A DNA stretch of 63,455 bases, counting the filler. It is 6 parts of 6 records of this genome, joined end to end, with 100 filler letters (N's around TTAATTAATTAA, not from the genome) between each part and the next. Parts side by side here need not be neighbours in the genome. Positions count along the whole stretch, not along the records: positions 1 to 10,576 come from DRR723986_13294; positions 10,677 to 18,695 come from DRR723986_13299; positions 18,796 to 27,965 come from DRR723986_13309; 3 more parts are not named here. One strand, 5' to 3'. Positions within the stretch are counted from its first letter, which is position 1. Each line of letters begins with the position of its first letter. Made by a program: the position numbers and the translations under genes. The notes under the pieces are model-generated. The model had not been told where the DNA came from and did no database searches. It saw only the letters and a program-made list of their open reading frames with translations. Shown here piece by piece: positions 9,337 to 20,090 of the stretch.

Positions 9337-10440
9337 TTACTCCAGGATCAGGTCGGGCGCGCCCAACAGGGCGCGGTCGGGGGAAATGCCGAGACCGGGG
9401 CTTTCGGGGGGCGCAAGGCGACCGTCATTTCGGGTCGGACCATCGGGGGCGAGACGCGGGGACACATAGCCCGACAGGTCGCAGGTATTCAGCAACCTGC
9501 GCGGGTCGGTGGCGGCGGCAAGGTGGCTGAGCGCAGCGGTGGTGATGTCGGTGCCCCACGTGTCTTCGATGCACATCTTCGCGCCAAGGTGGTAGCAGAG
9601 ATCGCGGGCCGCGCGGGTGGCCGACAGCCCGCCGAATTTGGATAGCTTCAGCGCCACCGCATCCATACAGCCAAGAGCATGGGCCTTCAGCAGGCTTGCG
9701 GTGTCATGGGCGATCTCGTCAAGCTTCATTGGCAGGCCGGTTGCGGATTTGACGCGGGCACAATCCTCCAGCGTGGGGCAGGGCTGTTCCAGCATGATAT
9801 CAAGATCTGCAACAGCCCGGCCCACCCGGGTGGCATCCAGCGAGGTCGCGCCGCAGTTCCAGTCGCCGTAGACGAGAGGGCCGTTGCCGACGGCTTCTCG
9901 CACCAGCCGCAGCCGGGCGACATCGGCTTGCCAGTCGCTGTCCGCCCCGAGTTTCACCTGAAACTGGGTAATGCCGGTGGCCTGCGCCTCGCGCGCGATG
10001 CGGGCCATGTCGTCTGGCGCGATGCAGGTGATGGAGTGGTAGAGCGGCATGTCGCGCGCTTGGCGCCCGCCCAGAAGCGCAAAGAGAGGCAGCCCGGCAG
10101 CTTTGCCGGTCAGATCCCACAATGCGATATCGAGGGCGGATTTTGCATAGCGGTGATCGGGCAGCCAGTCATTGGCGCGGGCCATCAGCGCCTCGGGGCC
10201 AATCGGATCGGCACCAAGCAGCACTGGGGCAAGATCGGTCAGGGCGGGGGCCACGCCGCGGGCATAGGCGGGCAGGTAATGGGGGATCGGGCAGACCTCG
10301 CCCCAGCCGGTCAGGCCGGTATCGGTGTCGATGGCGAGGATCGCGGTTTCGACCGTATCGCAGGTTTTTCCATCGGCCATGTAATAGGGTTGATGGCTGG
10401 TGAGCGGCACATGCCAGAGCGAGAGGCGGGTGATTTTCAT
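9337..10440 (-). CDS. enolase-superfamily (mandelate racemase/MLE) enzyme, hydroxyproline(-betaine) epimerase/dehydratase-like
   Basis: GLTGWGE, YLPAYARGV, SALDIALWDL, QVK in place of KxK, metal ligands D-W-N / EQP / LDE, and EDTWG. Confidence 0.85.
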   Translation of the reverse strand: MKITRLSLWHVPLTSHQPYYMADGKTCDTVETAILAIDTDTGLTGWGEVCPIPHYLPAYARGVAPALTDLAPVLLGADPIGPEALMARANDWLPDHRYAKSALDIALWDLTGKAAGLPLFALLGGRQARDMPLYHSITCIAPDDMARIAREAQATGITQFQVKLGADSDWQADVARLRLVREAVGNGPLVYGDWNCGATSLDATRVGRAVADLDIMLEQPCPTLEDCARVKSATGLPMKLDEIAHDTASLLKAHALGCMDAVALKLSKFGGLSATRAARDLCYHLGAKMCIEDTWGTDITTAALSHLAAATDPRRLLNTCDLSGYVSPRLAPDGPTRNDGRLAPPESPGLGISPDRALLGAPDLILE

Positions 10441-10535
10441 GGGTTCGGACCTTGGAAGGTTTTCACCGCGCTTCGCGCGACGATCCGTGCGCGACCCTGC
10501 GGGTTGCGGGGGGATTTTCCGTGACGGAAAATGAT

Positions 10536-10576
10536 GGGGGCGCTGCCCCCGTCGGCTTTCGCCGACTCCCCCGAGG
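10536..10576. repeat. truncated Rhodobacteraceae-type palindromic intergenic repeat (REP-like) at contig end
   Basis: GGGGGCGCTGCCCCC hairpin followed by GTCGGC-TTTC-GCCGAC hairpin and CTCCCCCG; the assembly breaks inside it. Confidence 0.6.
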
Positions 10577-10676
10577 NNNNNNNNNNNNNNNNNNNNNNNN
10601 NNNNNNNNNNNNNNNNNNNNTTAATTAATTAANNNNNNNNNNNNNNNNNNNNNNNNNNNNNNNNNNNNNNNNNNNN
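10577..10676. other. artificial contig spacer
   Basis: N-run, TTAATTAATTAA (stops in all six frames), N-run. Confidence 0.99.
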
Positions 10677-10869
10677 GCTTTTCAAACAGTTGCTCCCGGA
10701 CGTCCGCTGTTGTTGCCTTCGTGCGCGCAATCGCCAGAATGCGACTGCCCTGCGCGAGCAAGCCCGCGCGCTCCAGCTGATACAACGCAGGGAAGAGTTT
10801 ACGCTGAGCCAGGTCACCCAAGGCGCCAAAAAGCATCAGGTCACACGGGGCATTCGCGTTCTTTACCAT
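10677..10869 (-). CDS. zwf: glucose-6-phosphate 1-dehydrogenase, 5' fragment
   Basis: [23 protein letters not shown] nucleotide-binding motif; divergent from hexR. Confidence 0.92.
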
Positions 10870-10919
10870 GAGTCGCGCCCTCCATGATTTGCCGCTCCAC
10901 TTCGTTCACATTAACAGGA

Positions 10920-10938
10920 AGTAGTAGTTTTAGAAAAA
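10920..10938. promoter_or_regulatory. possible HexR operator
   Basis: AGTAGTAGTTTTAGAAAA loosely resembles the TGTAG/T-N-TACAA HexR palindrome and lies in the zwf-hexR spacer; the match is degenerate. Confidence 0.35.
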
Positions 10939-11076
10939 AAACAGTCAAACTGCTGACTCCCGCCCCTCAGAAAACCACGTTATGACACGTTGACTACCGC
11001 AAACCCACCAATAAAACGGTATACTCCCGAGTTCTTAGATGATTCGGCCCCCAAGAGATCAACGGAGCATCCATTC

Positions 11077-11949
11077 ATGACAACCAGTCACGCGCACCGG
11101 GAAGAGAATCTGCTGGAAGATATTCAGGAACGCCTGGATAATCTGAACAAGTCCGAGCGCAAAGTGGCAGAAGCGATTCTTAAGGACCCCAGCGCTGCAA
11201 CGCGGTACAGCATTGCAGCCCTGGCCCGGGCGGCCAATGTCAGCGAACCTACTGTAAACCGATTCTGTCGGAGTTTTTCAGCGACGGGCTTCCCGGATTT
11301 CAAGATCCGATTAGCACAGAGCATTGCGACAGGAACACCCTATGTCGGCCAGAATATAGAGCCCGACGACACCGTGGCTGAATTCGCTGACAAAATCATG
11401 CTCAGCACCATTGCCAACCTGGATAAGTCTCGCCAGTCACTCGATCACAAAGCGCTAGCTTCGGCCATCGACTATCTTATCCAGGCAAAACAGATCCACT
11501 TTTTTGGCATGGGCGGCTCCGCGTCGGTCGCACTCGATGCCCAGCACAAGTTTTTTCGATTCAACATTCCCGTAACCTCATACGACGACGCTCTCATGCA
11601 GAGAATGGTAGCGGCAGGGGCGCAGGTCGGAGATGTGATCGTGATGATCTCATACACCGGCCGAACCAAGGAAAGCGTTGATATCGCCAGAGTGGCGCGA
11701 GAGAACGGCGCAACGGTTATTGGTATAACAAACCCGGAATCCCCTCTTGCGGAGTTCTGTACGGTGGTGGTTGGCGTCACAACCCCGGAAGACACAGAAG
11801 TGTACATGCCCATGTCTTCCAGAATTATTCATTTGACGGTCATCGACATCCTCGCAACCGGTGTAACGCTGAAACGTGGATCGGATTTTCTGGGCCATCT
11901 CAAGAAAATCAAGGAAAGCCTGAAAGCTACCCGATATCCGAAAGAATGA
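11077..11949 (+). CDS. hexR: RpiR-family regulator HexR
   Basis: HTH ([17 protein letters not shown]) plus SIS domain ([25 protein letters not shown]); start at the ATG after GGAG. Confidence 0.93.
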   Translation: MTTSHAHREENLLEDIQERLDNLNKSERKVAEAILKDPSAATRYSIAALARAANVSEPTVNRFCRSFSATGFPDFKIRLAQSIATGTPYVGQNIEPDDTVAEFADKIMLSTIANLDKSRQSLDHKALASAIDYLIQAKQIHFFGMGGSASVALDAQHKFFRFNIPVTSYDDALMQRMVAAGAQVGDVIVMISYTGRTKESVDIARVARENGATVIGITNPESPLAEFCTVVVGVTTPEDTEVYMPMSSRIIHLTVIDILATGVTLKRGSDFLGHLKKIKESLKATRYPKE

Positions 11950-11953
11950 ACCG

Positions 11954-11991
11954 CTCACAAAAAAGCCCCCGAAAGGGGGCTTTTTTGTGAG
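11954..11991. terminator. bidirectional intrinsic terminator hexR/ppiD
   Basis: Perfect inverted repeat CTCACAAAAAAGCCCCC-GAAA-GGGGGCTTTTTTGTGAG. Confidence 0.93.
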
Positions 11992-12003
11992 GTCTATAGC
12001 AAA

Positions 12004-13857
12004 TCAGTTCCGCTCAACTTCAGCTGTGTTGCGAAGGTACTGCTGGTAGGCCGTATATTCACGCTGCCCCTCCAGCTGCGCCAGGAAACGCATCAGCTGT
12101 TGGTATTCCGCACCTTCCTGATCAACCTCACCTTCGTTGACACCGGTCAGCACAATGACAGCAGCCTGATCGGCCGTAACGGCGCGGCCAACGGTTGGCG
12201 AGTCACCATCCGGGCGGGCCATAGAAAACACTTCCTGCACCACGCGCGGGCTCAGGCCAGACACACTCCGGCCCTGATCTTCAAACTGCTGCCATTCACC
12301 GGCACCAAGTTCATCAGCATTGGTACCGGATTCAAGCTGAGCCACGAGCTCATCAACACGGGCTGCCAGCGCATCCCGGGTTTCGGTTCTCTCCAGAATC
12401 CGACGAATCTCCGGCTCCACATCGGCCAACTCCAATTGGCGCGGTTCGTGATACTCGCGCACCCGGGCAACGACCGACACGTTATCACCCACGTCGATCA
12501 GCTCGGTATTGTAGCCACCCTCAAGTACATCTTCAGAGAACAGTTGACGTACCAGACCCGCATGATCAAAGGGTGCTGCACCGCCATCCCTGCTGACACC
12601 TTCGACCACCCGAATTTCCAGACCCAGCTCTTCGGCCGGGCTGGCAAGATCGTCGGCGGCGTAGGCCGCATCAGCCAGTTGCGAGCGAACTTCCGCAAAA
12701 CGCTCACTGGCCTTGGTTCTGGCCAATTCGAGTCGCAGATCTTCACGCAACTCGTCAAAGGCAGGCACATCGGAGCGGCGCACCTCTTCCAGCTTAATCA
12801 GATGAAGACCAAAGCTGGTCTCAACCGGACCAGAAACTTCGCCTTCGTCCAGCCCAAACAGAGCGTCTTCAAAGGCTTCATCGTAGACACCACGGCCGGC
12901 AAAACCGAGATCACCACCTTCCTGCGCAGAGACGGTATCGACTGAGTATTCCTCGGCCAGGACGGCAAACGACTCACCGTCTTCAAGACGCTGCTGGATG
13001 GTTGCGAGAGTCGCCTGCCCTTCATCACCGGCCTCTACAAGAATGTGAGCGGCACGGCGCTCTTCCCGTGCGTATTCTTCAGCACGCTCCTCGTAATAGG
13101 ACCGCAATTCATCTTCGGCGACCTCAATGGACTCCGCCAACGCTCCCTGGGACAAGGTAATGTAGGCAGCATCCACCTGCTCTGGCTGACGAAACTGGTC
13201 ACGGTTCTCGTCGTAGTACGCCTGTACGTCCGCCTCGGTCACATCCACCTGGTCCTGAACACTACTGCCATCGAGAGTCAGCACGCGGAAGTCACGGGTC
13301 TGGTTCTGAATGGCCAGCAAATGGGCTGCATTCTCAGGTGCCACGACACCGGTCTGGGCGATCGCCGCGCGAATCTGGTTTACCACATAGTTCTTGCGCA
13401 TGCTTTCGCGGAACTCGGCAACGCCCATGCCCACATTGCGCACTGTGGCTACAAACCGATCACGATTGAACTGGCCATCCACCTGGAACTGGGGCATCTG
13501 GGTAATCAGGGAATCGATGTCGGCGTCGGTCAGCTCCAGCCCCTGGCTCTGAGCGTCCTGAGTGAGCACGGCCTCCCGGATCAACGCATCCAGCACGTCG
13601 CGGCGAATCTGATCCTCGTCCAACAGGGATTGATCCGGATTCTCCATCTGCATCAGGCGCTGCTGACTTTCCATCTGTACGGTACGCAGAAACTCCCGCT
13701 CGGTGATGTCCTGGCCGTTGACCGTTGCCACTTCTGGCTCGCCAGTGAAGCCGCCAATGATGGCATCCATTCCCCAGATCGAGAGGGAAATAATCAATAG
13801 GCCAACGATAACCTTGGCGATCGTACTCTGGGCGTTATCCCGAATATCTTGAAGCAT
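12004..13857 (-). CDS. ppiD: periplasmic chaperone/peptidyl-prolyl isomerase PpiD
   Basis: N-terminal TM, SurA_N-like domain, parvulin motif (HILV...GGDLG...VETSFGLHLI); synteny clpPX-lon-hupB-ppiD. Confidence 0.93.
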   Translation of the reverse strand: MLQDIRDNAQSTIAKVIVGLLIISLSIWGMDAIIGGFTGEPEVATVNGQDITEREFLRTVQMESQQRLMQMENPDQSLLDEDQIRRDVLDALIREAVLTQDAQSQGLELTDADIDSLITQMPQFQVDGQFNRDRFVATVRNVGMGVAEFRESMRKNYVVNQIRAAIAQTGVVAPENAAHLLAIQNQTRDFRVLTLDGSSVQDQVDVTEADVQAYYDENRDQFRQPEQVDAAYITLSQGALAESIEVAEDELRSYYEERAEEYAREERRAAHILVEAGDEGQATLATIQQRLEDGESFAVLAEEYSVDTVSAQEGGDLGFAGRGVYDEAFEDALFGLDEGEVSGPVETSFGLHLIKLEEVRRSDVPAFDELREDLRLELARTKASERFAEVRSQLADAAYAADDLASPAEELGLEIRVVEGVSRDGGAAPFDHAGLVRQLFSEDVLEGGYNTELIDVGDNVSVVARVREYHEPRQLELADVEPEIRRILERTETRDALAARVDELVAQLESGTNADELGAGEWQQFEDQGRSVSGLSPRVVQEVFSMARPDGDSPTVGRAVTADQAAVIVLTGVNEGEVDQEGAEYQQLMRFLAQLEGQREYTAYQQYLRNTAEVERN

Positions 13858-13935
13858 GTTGTTCTCGAATCCCTGTTCAAGGTTCTGCTGTTGGTAGTGG
13901 TGAGGCGAAAGCTGAGTGAGCCACCGTTAACACGC

Positions 13936-13966
13936 AAAAAGGCGCACCCTTACCGGAATGCGCCTT
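13936..13966 (-). terminator. intrinsic terminator after hupB
   Basis: Minus strand AAGGCGCATTCCGGTAAGGGTGCGCCTTTTT; a second hairpin TGGCAGTTCCCG/CGGGAACTGCCA lies just upstream. Confidence 0.75.
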
Positions 13967-14015
13967 GAATTCTGATGGCAGTTCCCGAAACCGGGAACTG
14001 CCAGAGAAAGAACCG

Positions 14016-14288
14016 TTACTTAACGGCGTCTTTCAGGGCCTTGCCTGCCTTGAATCCAGGCACTTTAGAGGCCGGAATCTTGATTTCTGCACCAGTCTGC
14101 GGGTTGCGACCAGTACGGGCAGCACGCTCTTTCACAGAGAAGGTGCCAAAGCCGATCAGGGTAACCTGGTCGCCTTTCTTCAGTGCACCGGTGATTGAGT
14201 TGGTCATGGCATCCAGCGCACGGCCAGCTGCGGCTTTGGAGATGTCTGCGGACTCTGCAATTGCATCGATCAGTTCGGACTTGTTCAC
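14016..14288 (-). CDS. hupB: DNA-binding protein HU-beta
   Basis: GTG start, (M)[10 protein letters not shown]...GFGTF...GRNPQTG, 90 aa. Confidence 0.96.
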   Translation of the reverse strand: MNKSELIDAIAESADISKAAAGRALDAMTNSITGALKKGDQVTLIGFGTFSVKERAARTGRNPQTGAEIKIPASKVPGFKAGKALKDAVK

Positions 14289-14526
14289 ACTAAACCCCTT
14301 CGATTTCAGGTTGAAGATGTTATAGGTCGGTTTGTTTTTTCGCGGACGTTCTCGACTATCGCATAAGCGATGGGAGAATTCCATTCTTCAGTTTTTTTAT
14401 TCCTTGCGGCATTAAACCGGTGTTCGGAATAGGCACTTACTGCGCGGGAGCCCTTGGTATTGGCTGCTTCACGGCGAAACAGTTATACCAACGGGCTCTC
14501 AGGCGTGTCAACAACTCATCCGGTGT

Positions 14527-16944
14527 TTAATGTGTATTTATGCGCTCTGCAGCGTCGCCGGAATCATCAGAAGCGGCCGATTTGCCGGTTTCCTTGTCAG
14601 CATTTTCAGCCCGGGGATCCGGCTGGTAGGCCAGCGCAATATCCAGAACCTCATCAATCCACTTGACCGGACGAATCTCCAGCGATTCCTTGATGTTGCC
14701 AGGTATCTCTTTGAGATCCCTGACATTTTCATCCGGGATAATGACAGTCTTGATGCCGCCGCGATGGGCTGCCAGCAGCTTTTCCTTCAAGCCGCCGATC
14801 GCCAGAACGCGACCTCGCAAGGTGATTTCACCGGTCATCGCTACATCCGCCCGAACGGGAATTCGGGTCAGTGCAGAAACCAGTGCTGTACACATGCCAA
14901 TACCGGCACTCGGGCCATCTTTCGGGGTTGCCCCCTCTGGTACGTGCACGTGAAGATCGTGTTTTTCGTGGAAATCATCCGCCACACCCAGGCCGGCCGC
15001 CCTGCTCCGGACCACTGTAAGTGCCGTCTGAATGGATTCCTGCATAACGTCACCCAGCGAGCCGGTTTTAACAACACGCCCCTTACCTGGCGTCAAAGCG
15101 CACTCGATGGTCAACAGCTCGCCGCCGACCTGGGTCCATGCCAGACCGGTCACCTGTCCGATCTGGTTGGTTTCTTCTGCCAGTCCGTATTTGAACTTTT
15201 TGACGCCTGAGTAATCCTCAAGAAGATCCGGCGTCAGGGTCACCGAGGCCTTGGTGCTGCTCTCTACGTGCTCACGCACCACCTTACGGCAGATCTTGGC
15301 TATTTCGCGCTCAAGACCCCGTACACCGGCTTCCCGAGTGTAGTACCGGATCAGATCCCTGATGGTCTCTTCCGGCAGTTTCAGTTCGTCCTTGCGCAGA
15401 CCATTGGCCTTGAGCTGCTTGGGCAGAAGGTAACGCAACGCAATATTGACCTTCTCATCTTCGGTGTATCCGGGAATCCGGATGATCTCCATGCGGTCCA
15501 GCAGTGCCGGTGGAATATCCATGGAGTTAGAGGTACACACGAACATCACGTCAGAGAGGTCGTAATCGACCTCCAGATAGTGGTCATTGAACGTATGGTT
15601 CTGTTCCGGGTCCAGCACCTCGAGCAGAGCCGAGGCCGGATCGCCACGATGGTCCATGCCCATCTTGTCGATTTCGTCGAACAGGAACAGCGGGTTCTTC
15701 ACACCCACCTTGGAAAGCTTCTGCAATAACTTGCCCGGCAACGCGCCGATGTAAGTCTTGCGGTGGCCTCGTATCTCGGCTTCGTCACGCACACCACCCA
15801 GCGCCATGCGGGTGTATTTGCGATTGGTAGCCTTGGCGATGGACTGCCCAAGGGAGGTCTTGCCAACCCCGGGAGGCCCTACCAGGCAAAGCACAGGCCC
15901 TTTTACCTTCTTGACCCGACTCTGAACCGCCAGATACTCCAGAATACGCTTCTTCACCTCGTCCAGGCCGTAGTGATCCCGGTCCAAGATTTCACGGGCC
16001 TTTTCAAGGTCGTGACGAACCCGACTGCGCTTCTTCCAGGGGACCGCCAGCATCCAGTCAATGTATCCGCGCACCACGGTAGCTTCCGCGGACATCGGCG
16101 ACATCATCTTGAGCTTGTTCAGCTCTGTTTCGGTTTTCTTCCGGGCCTCTTCCGGCAGACCGGCTTCCTCAAGCTTCTGCTCGAGTTCCTCGAAATCGTT
16201 GTTACCCTCGCCGAGCTGGCCCATTTCCTTCTGGATCGCTTTCATCTGCTCGTTCAAGTAATACTCGCGCTGACTGCGCTCCATCTGCTTTTTCACACGG
16301 CCACGGATGCGCTTCTCCACTTCGATCAGATCAATCTCACCGTCCAGCTTGCCCAGCAAAAGATCAACCCGCTTACGAACGTCCAGAGCTTCCAGCAACT
16401 CCTGTTTCTCGGGAATCCGCATCTCCAGATGCGCGGCCATGGTATCGACCAGACGCTCAAGTTCGTGGATACCGGTCAAAGCATTGGAAACCTCAGATGG
16501 CACCTTTTTGGACAGCTTCACGTACTTCTCGAATTCGTCCATCAGGGTCTTGGTGAGGACGTCTTCCTCGCGCTCCGGCAAGGATTCCTCATCCATCAGA
16601 ATGGCCTGGCCGGACAGGTAATCGCCTTCCTCGATGTCAGAAATGCTGGCTCGGGAATTACCCTCTACCAGAACCTTGACGGTGCCATCCGGCAGCCGAA
16701 GCATCTGCAGCACCGTCGCCAGGGTGCCCATGGCAAATACATCCTTCGGGCCCGGCTCGTCGGTGGAGGCATCTTTCTGGGCTACCAGCAGGATTTCCTT
16801 GCTGCCCTCCATTGCCGCTTCCAGCGCCTGAATGGATTTTTCGCGGCCCACAAACAGCGGAACCACCATGTGCGGGAACACCACCACATCACGCAAAGGA
16901 AGCAGCGGGTATTCGTGCACAGTTTCATCAGGTATACGGGTCAT
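14527..16944 (-). CDS. lon: Lon protease
   Basis: [11 protein letters not shown]-domain, GPPGVGKT Walker A, PKDGPSAG catalytic Ser, GGLKEK. Confidence 0.98.
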   Translation of the reverse strand: MTRIPDETVHEYPLLPLRDVVVFPHMVVPLFVGREKSIQALEAAMEGSKEILLVAQKDASTDEPGPKDVFAMGTLATVLQMLRLPDGTVKVLVEGNSRASISDIEEGDYLSGQAILMDEESLPEREEDVLTKTLMDEFEKYVKLSKKVPSEVSNALTGIHELERLVDTMAAHLEMRIPEKQELLEALDVRKRVDLLLGKLDGEIDLIEVEKRIRGRVKKQMERSQREYYLNEQMKAIQKEMGQLGEGNNDFEELEQKLEEAGLPEEARKKTETELNKLKMMSPMSAEATVVRGYIDWMLAVPWKKRSRVRHDLEKAREILDRDHYGLDEVKKRILEYLAVQSRVKKVKGPVLCLVGPPGVGKTSLGQSIAKATNRKYTRMALGGVRDEAEIRGHRKTYIGALPGKLLQKLSKVGVKNPLFLFDEIDKMGMDHRGDPASALLEVLDPEQNHTFNDHYLEVDYDLSDVMFVCTSNSMDIPPALLDRMEIIRIPGYTEDEKVNIALRYLLPKQLKANGLRKDELKLPEETIRDLIRYYTREAGVRGLEREIAKICRKVVREHVESSTKASVTLTPDLLEDYSGVKKFKYGLAEETNQIGQVTGLAWTQVGGELLTIECALTPGKGRVVKTGSLGDVMQESIQTALTVVRSRAAGLGVADDFHEKHDLHVHVPEGATPKDGPSAGIGMCTALVSALTRIPVRADVAMTGEITLRGRVLAIGGLKEKLLAAHRGGIKTVIIPDENVRDLKEIPGNIKESLEIRPVKWIDEVLDIALAYQPDPRAENADKETGKSAASDDSGDAAERINTH

Positions 16945-16984
16945 GGGGAATCCTCTGACAGTATTTCTTTCAGCATATCACCCA

Positions 16985-17012
16985 ACATTGGGGCGCTGAC
17001 AAAAATTGCAAT
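16985..17012 (-). promoter_or_regulatory. possible sigma-32 promoter of lon
   Basis: ATTGCA-N13-CCCCAATGT on the minus strand versus the CTTGAA-N13/14-CCCCATNT consensus. Confidence 0.45.
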
Positions 17013-17061
17013 CTTTTTACGATGGGAAATATCAGGGAGCAAACGATAAGGGCCTGAGATG

Positions 17062-17087
17062 AAAAAGGGGCGTTGAACGCCCCTTTT
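17062..17087 (-). terminator. intrinsic terminator after clpX
   Basis: AAAAAGGGGCGTT-G-AACGCCCCTTTT hairpin with A/T tracts on both sides. Confidence 0.8.
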
Positions 17088-17119
17088 ATATCACCCGGTA
17101 TTCTACGCCCTGTGCCCGC

Positions 17120-18403
17120 TCAGTCTTCGGGCACCGCCTTGGCGTGATCGCTGCTGGCGTAGATCTTGAAGGGCTCTGAATCCCCCTTGATCACACTCTC
17201 GTCGATCACCACCTTGGAGACATCATGCTCAGAGGGAATCTGATACATGGTATCCAGCAGGGTCGCTTCCATTATCGACCGCAGACCACGGGCACCGGTC
17301 TTGCGCTCCATGGCTTTTCTGGCCACTGCGCGCAGGGCGTCTTCCCGGAAGTCCAGCTCCACCCCTTCCATATCAAACAGCTTCTGATACTGCTTGGTCA
17401 GGGCGTTTTTGGGCTCGGTCAGAATCTGCACCAGTGCTTCTTCATCCAGTTCGGTCAACGTGGCCACCACAGGCAGACGGCCGACGAATTCCGGAATCAG
17501 GCCAAACTTCACCAGATCCTCGGTCTCGACTTCGCGAATGATATCGCCAGTGCTCTTGCTGTCGTCCTGGCTCTTGACTGTAGCCGAGAAGCCAATGGAA
17601 CTGCGCTCAGAGCGTTCCTGGATAACCTTGTCGAGGCCGGCGAAGGCACCGCCACAGATAAACAGGATGTTACCGGTATCCACCTGCAGGAATTCCTGCT
17701 GGGGGTGTTTACGCCCACCCTGAGGAGGAACCGAAGCGACAGTACCCTCGATCAGCTTCAGCAAAGCCTGCTGAACACCCTCACCCGATACATCCCTGGT
17801 AATGGACGGGTTATCGGACTTGCGGGAAATCTTGTCGATCTCGTCGATGTAGACAATACCGCGCTGGGCCTTTTCGACATCGTAGTCGCACTTCTGCAGC
17901 AGTTTCTGGATGATGTTTTCAACATCCTCACCCACATAGCCTGCTTCGGTCAGCGTGGTCGCATCCGCGATGGTAAACGGTACATTCAGCATGCGCGCAA
18001 GGGTTTCCGCCAACAGGGTCTTACCGCTACCGGTGGGACCGATCAGCAGAATGTTGCTTTTGCCCAGCTCGACATCACTCTTGCCCTCGCCGTAGCGAAG
18101 ACGCTTGTAGTGGTTATACACCGCTACAGACAGAACGACCTTGGCGCGATCCTGGCCAATAACATATTCATTCAGAGTCTCACGGATCTCTGCCGGCGTG
18201 GGCAGGCGGTCGCTGGCCTCCTCCGGGGCGTTCTCCTGAATCTCTTCCCGGATAATGTCATTGCACAGATCAACGCACTCGTCGCAGATGAACACCGAGG
18301 GCCCTGCAATGAGCTTACGGACTTCATGCTGGCTCTTTCCACAAAACGAGCAGTAGAGCAACTTGCCGTTATCGTCGCCTCTGCCGTTTCTTTCATCTGC
18401 CAT
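17120..18403 (-). CDS. clpX: ATP-dependent Clp protease ATP-binding subunit ClpX
   Basis: CSFCGK...CDEC zinc finger, [17 protein letters not shown] loop. Confidence 0.98.
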   Translation of the reverse strand: MADERNGRGDDNGKLLYCSFCGKSQHEVRKLIAGPSVFICDECVDLCNDIIREEIQENAPEEASDRLPTPAEIRETLNEYVIGQDRAKVVLSVAVYNHYKRLRYGEGKSDVELGKSNILLIGPTGSGKTLLAETLARMLNVPFTIADATTLTEAGYVGEDVENIIQKLLQKCDYDVEKAQRGIVYIDEIDKISRKSDNPSITRDVSGEGVQQALLKLIEGTVASVPPQGGRKHPQQEFLQVDTGNILFICGGAFAGLDKVIQERSERSSIGFSATVKSQDDSKSTGDIIREVETEDLVKFGLIPEFVGRLPVVATLTELDEEALVQILTEPKNALTKQYQKLFDMEGVELDFREDALRAVARKAMERKTGARGLRSIMEATLLDTMYQIPSEHDVSKVVIDESVIKGDSEPFKIYASSDHAKAVPED

Positions 18404-18479
18404 TGAAATACCTCTGTTCTTCGTTGGCCGGTGTCATCAGTGTGTACGCCGGCCGGTAGTGATGCGATGACTTTCAGTA

Positions 18480-18695
18480 TTATTTATTCGATACGCGCTT
18501 ATCAAGTATTGTATCGATCAACCCGTACTCTTTGGCCTGGGCAGGATCCATGAAATTATCACGGTCGGTATCCCGGGCGATGGTCTCGATGTCCTGACCG
18601 GTGTGCTCCGCCAGCAGCTCGTTGAGCGTGTTGCGGATTTTCAGGATCTCACGGGTATGGATCTCGATGTCCGTCGCCTGCCCCTGATAGCCGCC
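18480..18695 (-). CDS. clpP: ClpP protease, 3' fragment
   Basis: Manual translation [18 protein letters not shown]...RDTDRDNFM...AKEYGLID...SNK*; directly upstream of clpX. Confidence 0.95.
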   Translation of the reverse strand, partial: GGYQGQATDIEIHTREILKIRNTLNELLAEHTGQDIETIARDTDRDNFMDPAQAKEYGLIDTILDKRVSNK

Positions 18696-18795
18696 NNNNN
18701 NNNNNNNNNNNNNNNNNNNNNNNNNNNNNNNNNNNNNNNTTAATTAATTAANNNNNNNNNNNNNNNNNNNNNNNNNNNNNNNNNNNNNNNNNNNN
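18696..18795. other. artificial contig spacer
   Basis: N-run, TTAATTAATTAA, N-run. Confidence 0.99.
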
Positions 18796-19983
18796 ATGAT
18801 CAACGGCACCAGTGCCGGGAACGTGGTATCCACTGGTTCCCTGACCATCCCCTTGATGAAGCGGGTTGGCTACAGCAAGGAATCCGCCGGCGCGGTTGAA
18901 GCAGCAGCGTCTACGGGCGGGCAGATCATGCCGCCGATCATGGGTGCGGGTGCCTTCATCATGGCGGAGATTACCGGTATTCCCTATACCGAAATTGCCA
19001 TTGCGGCGATTATTCCGGCGATTCTGTACTTTGCCTCGGTCTACTTCATGGTCGATTTCGAGGCCAAGAAGCTCGGAATGCGCGGCATGCGCGAAGACGA
19101 GCTGCCCAATTTGCGCCTGATGCTGCGCCAGGTATACCTGTTTGTGCCCATCATCATTCTGATCGTGGCGTTGTTCCAGGGCTACTCGGTGATTCGTGCA
19201 GGTACTCTGGCCACGATTTCCGCGGCGGTGGTCAGCTGGATTTCCCCCAACAAGATGGGCCTGCGGCAGATTCTGCATGCGTTTGAGATAGCGGCCTATA
19301 TGTCGATTCAGATCATCGTGGTCTGTGCGGCCGCCGGTGTCATTGTGGGTGTGATCTCACTCACCGGCGTTGGCGCCCGGTTCTCGGTGCTGTTGCTGGA
19401 TGTGGCGGCCCACAGCCACCTGCTGGCTCTGGTGTTTGCCATGTTTATTTCCATTCTGCTGGGCATGGGCATGCCGACCACCGCAGCTTATGCCGTTGCA
19501 GCTTCGGTCGTGGCCCCGGGTCTGGTGCAGTTGGGGATTGAACCGCTGACGGCGCACTTCTTTGTGTTCTACTTTGCCGTGGTCTCGGCCATCACGCCGC
19601 CTGTGGCGCTGGCGTCCTATGCGGCGGCGGGTATTTCCGGTGCCAACGCCATGTCCACATCGGTCGCATCATTCCGGATCGGCATTGCGGCGTTCATCGT
19701 GCCCTTCATGTTCTTCTACAACAGTGCGCTGTTGATGGAAGGAGGGTGGTTCGAAATCGGACGCGCGCTGATTACCGCTACCTTTGGCGTGTACCTGCTG
19801 TCTGCCGGTGTGCTGGGCTGGTTCGCACGGTCGTCCGCCCCGGTTCTGGTACGGCTGTTACTGGTGGCCGCGGCCCTGCTGACCATCGAGGGTGGTTTGT
19901 GGACGGATCTGGCCGGTATCGCGCTGGCGGTAATCGCCATGCTCATCCAGCGCAAGCGTGCGCCGGCTCTGGCCGCAGCCTGA
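18796..19983 (+). CDS. TRAP transporter fused 4TM/12TM permease (TAXI type), 5'-truncated
   Basis: EAAASTGGQIMPPIMGAGAFIMAE, LGMGMPTTAAY, ITPPVALA. Confidence 0.92.
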   Translation: MINGTSAGNVVSTGSLTIPLMKRVGYSKESAGAVEAAASTGGQIMPPIMGAGAFIMAEITGIPYTEIAIAAIIPAILYFASVYFMVDFEAKKLGMRGMREDELPNLRLMLRQVYLFVPIIILIVALFQGYSVIRAGTLATISAAVVSWISPNKMGLRQILHAFEIAAYMSIQIIVVCAAAGVIVGVISLTGVGARFSVLLLDVAAHSHLLALVFAMFISILLGMGMPTTAAYAVAASVVAPGLVQLGIEPLTAHFFVFYFAVVSAITPPVALASYAAAGISGANAMSTSVASFRIGIAAFIVPFMFFYNSALLMEGGWFEIGRALITATFGVYLLSAGVLGWFARSSAPVLVRLLLVAAALLTIEGGLWTDLAGIALAVIAMLIQRKRAPALAAA

Positions 19984-20090
19984 TCTGGCCAGTACCCGGA
20001 GGACAACCTGCCGCTGAGCGGGTTGTCCTGCCGGTCCGGGGGCGCTAGGCTTGGCCGAGGCCCCTCTTTGATGTTTCGGAACTGAATTCC

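Noticed and set aside
10577-10676. TTAATTAATTAA motif and ORFs running through N-runs
   Set aside because: Assembly spacer artefact repeated at all five junctions.
19997-20034. Hairpin after the TRAP permease as a terminator or REP
   Set aside because: No U-tract and only one copy in the window; at most an mRNA-stabilising stem.
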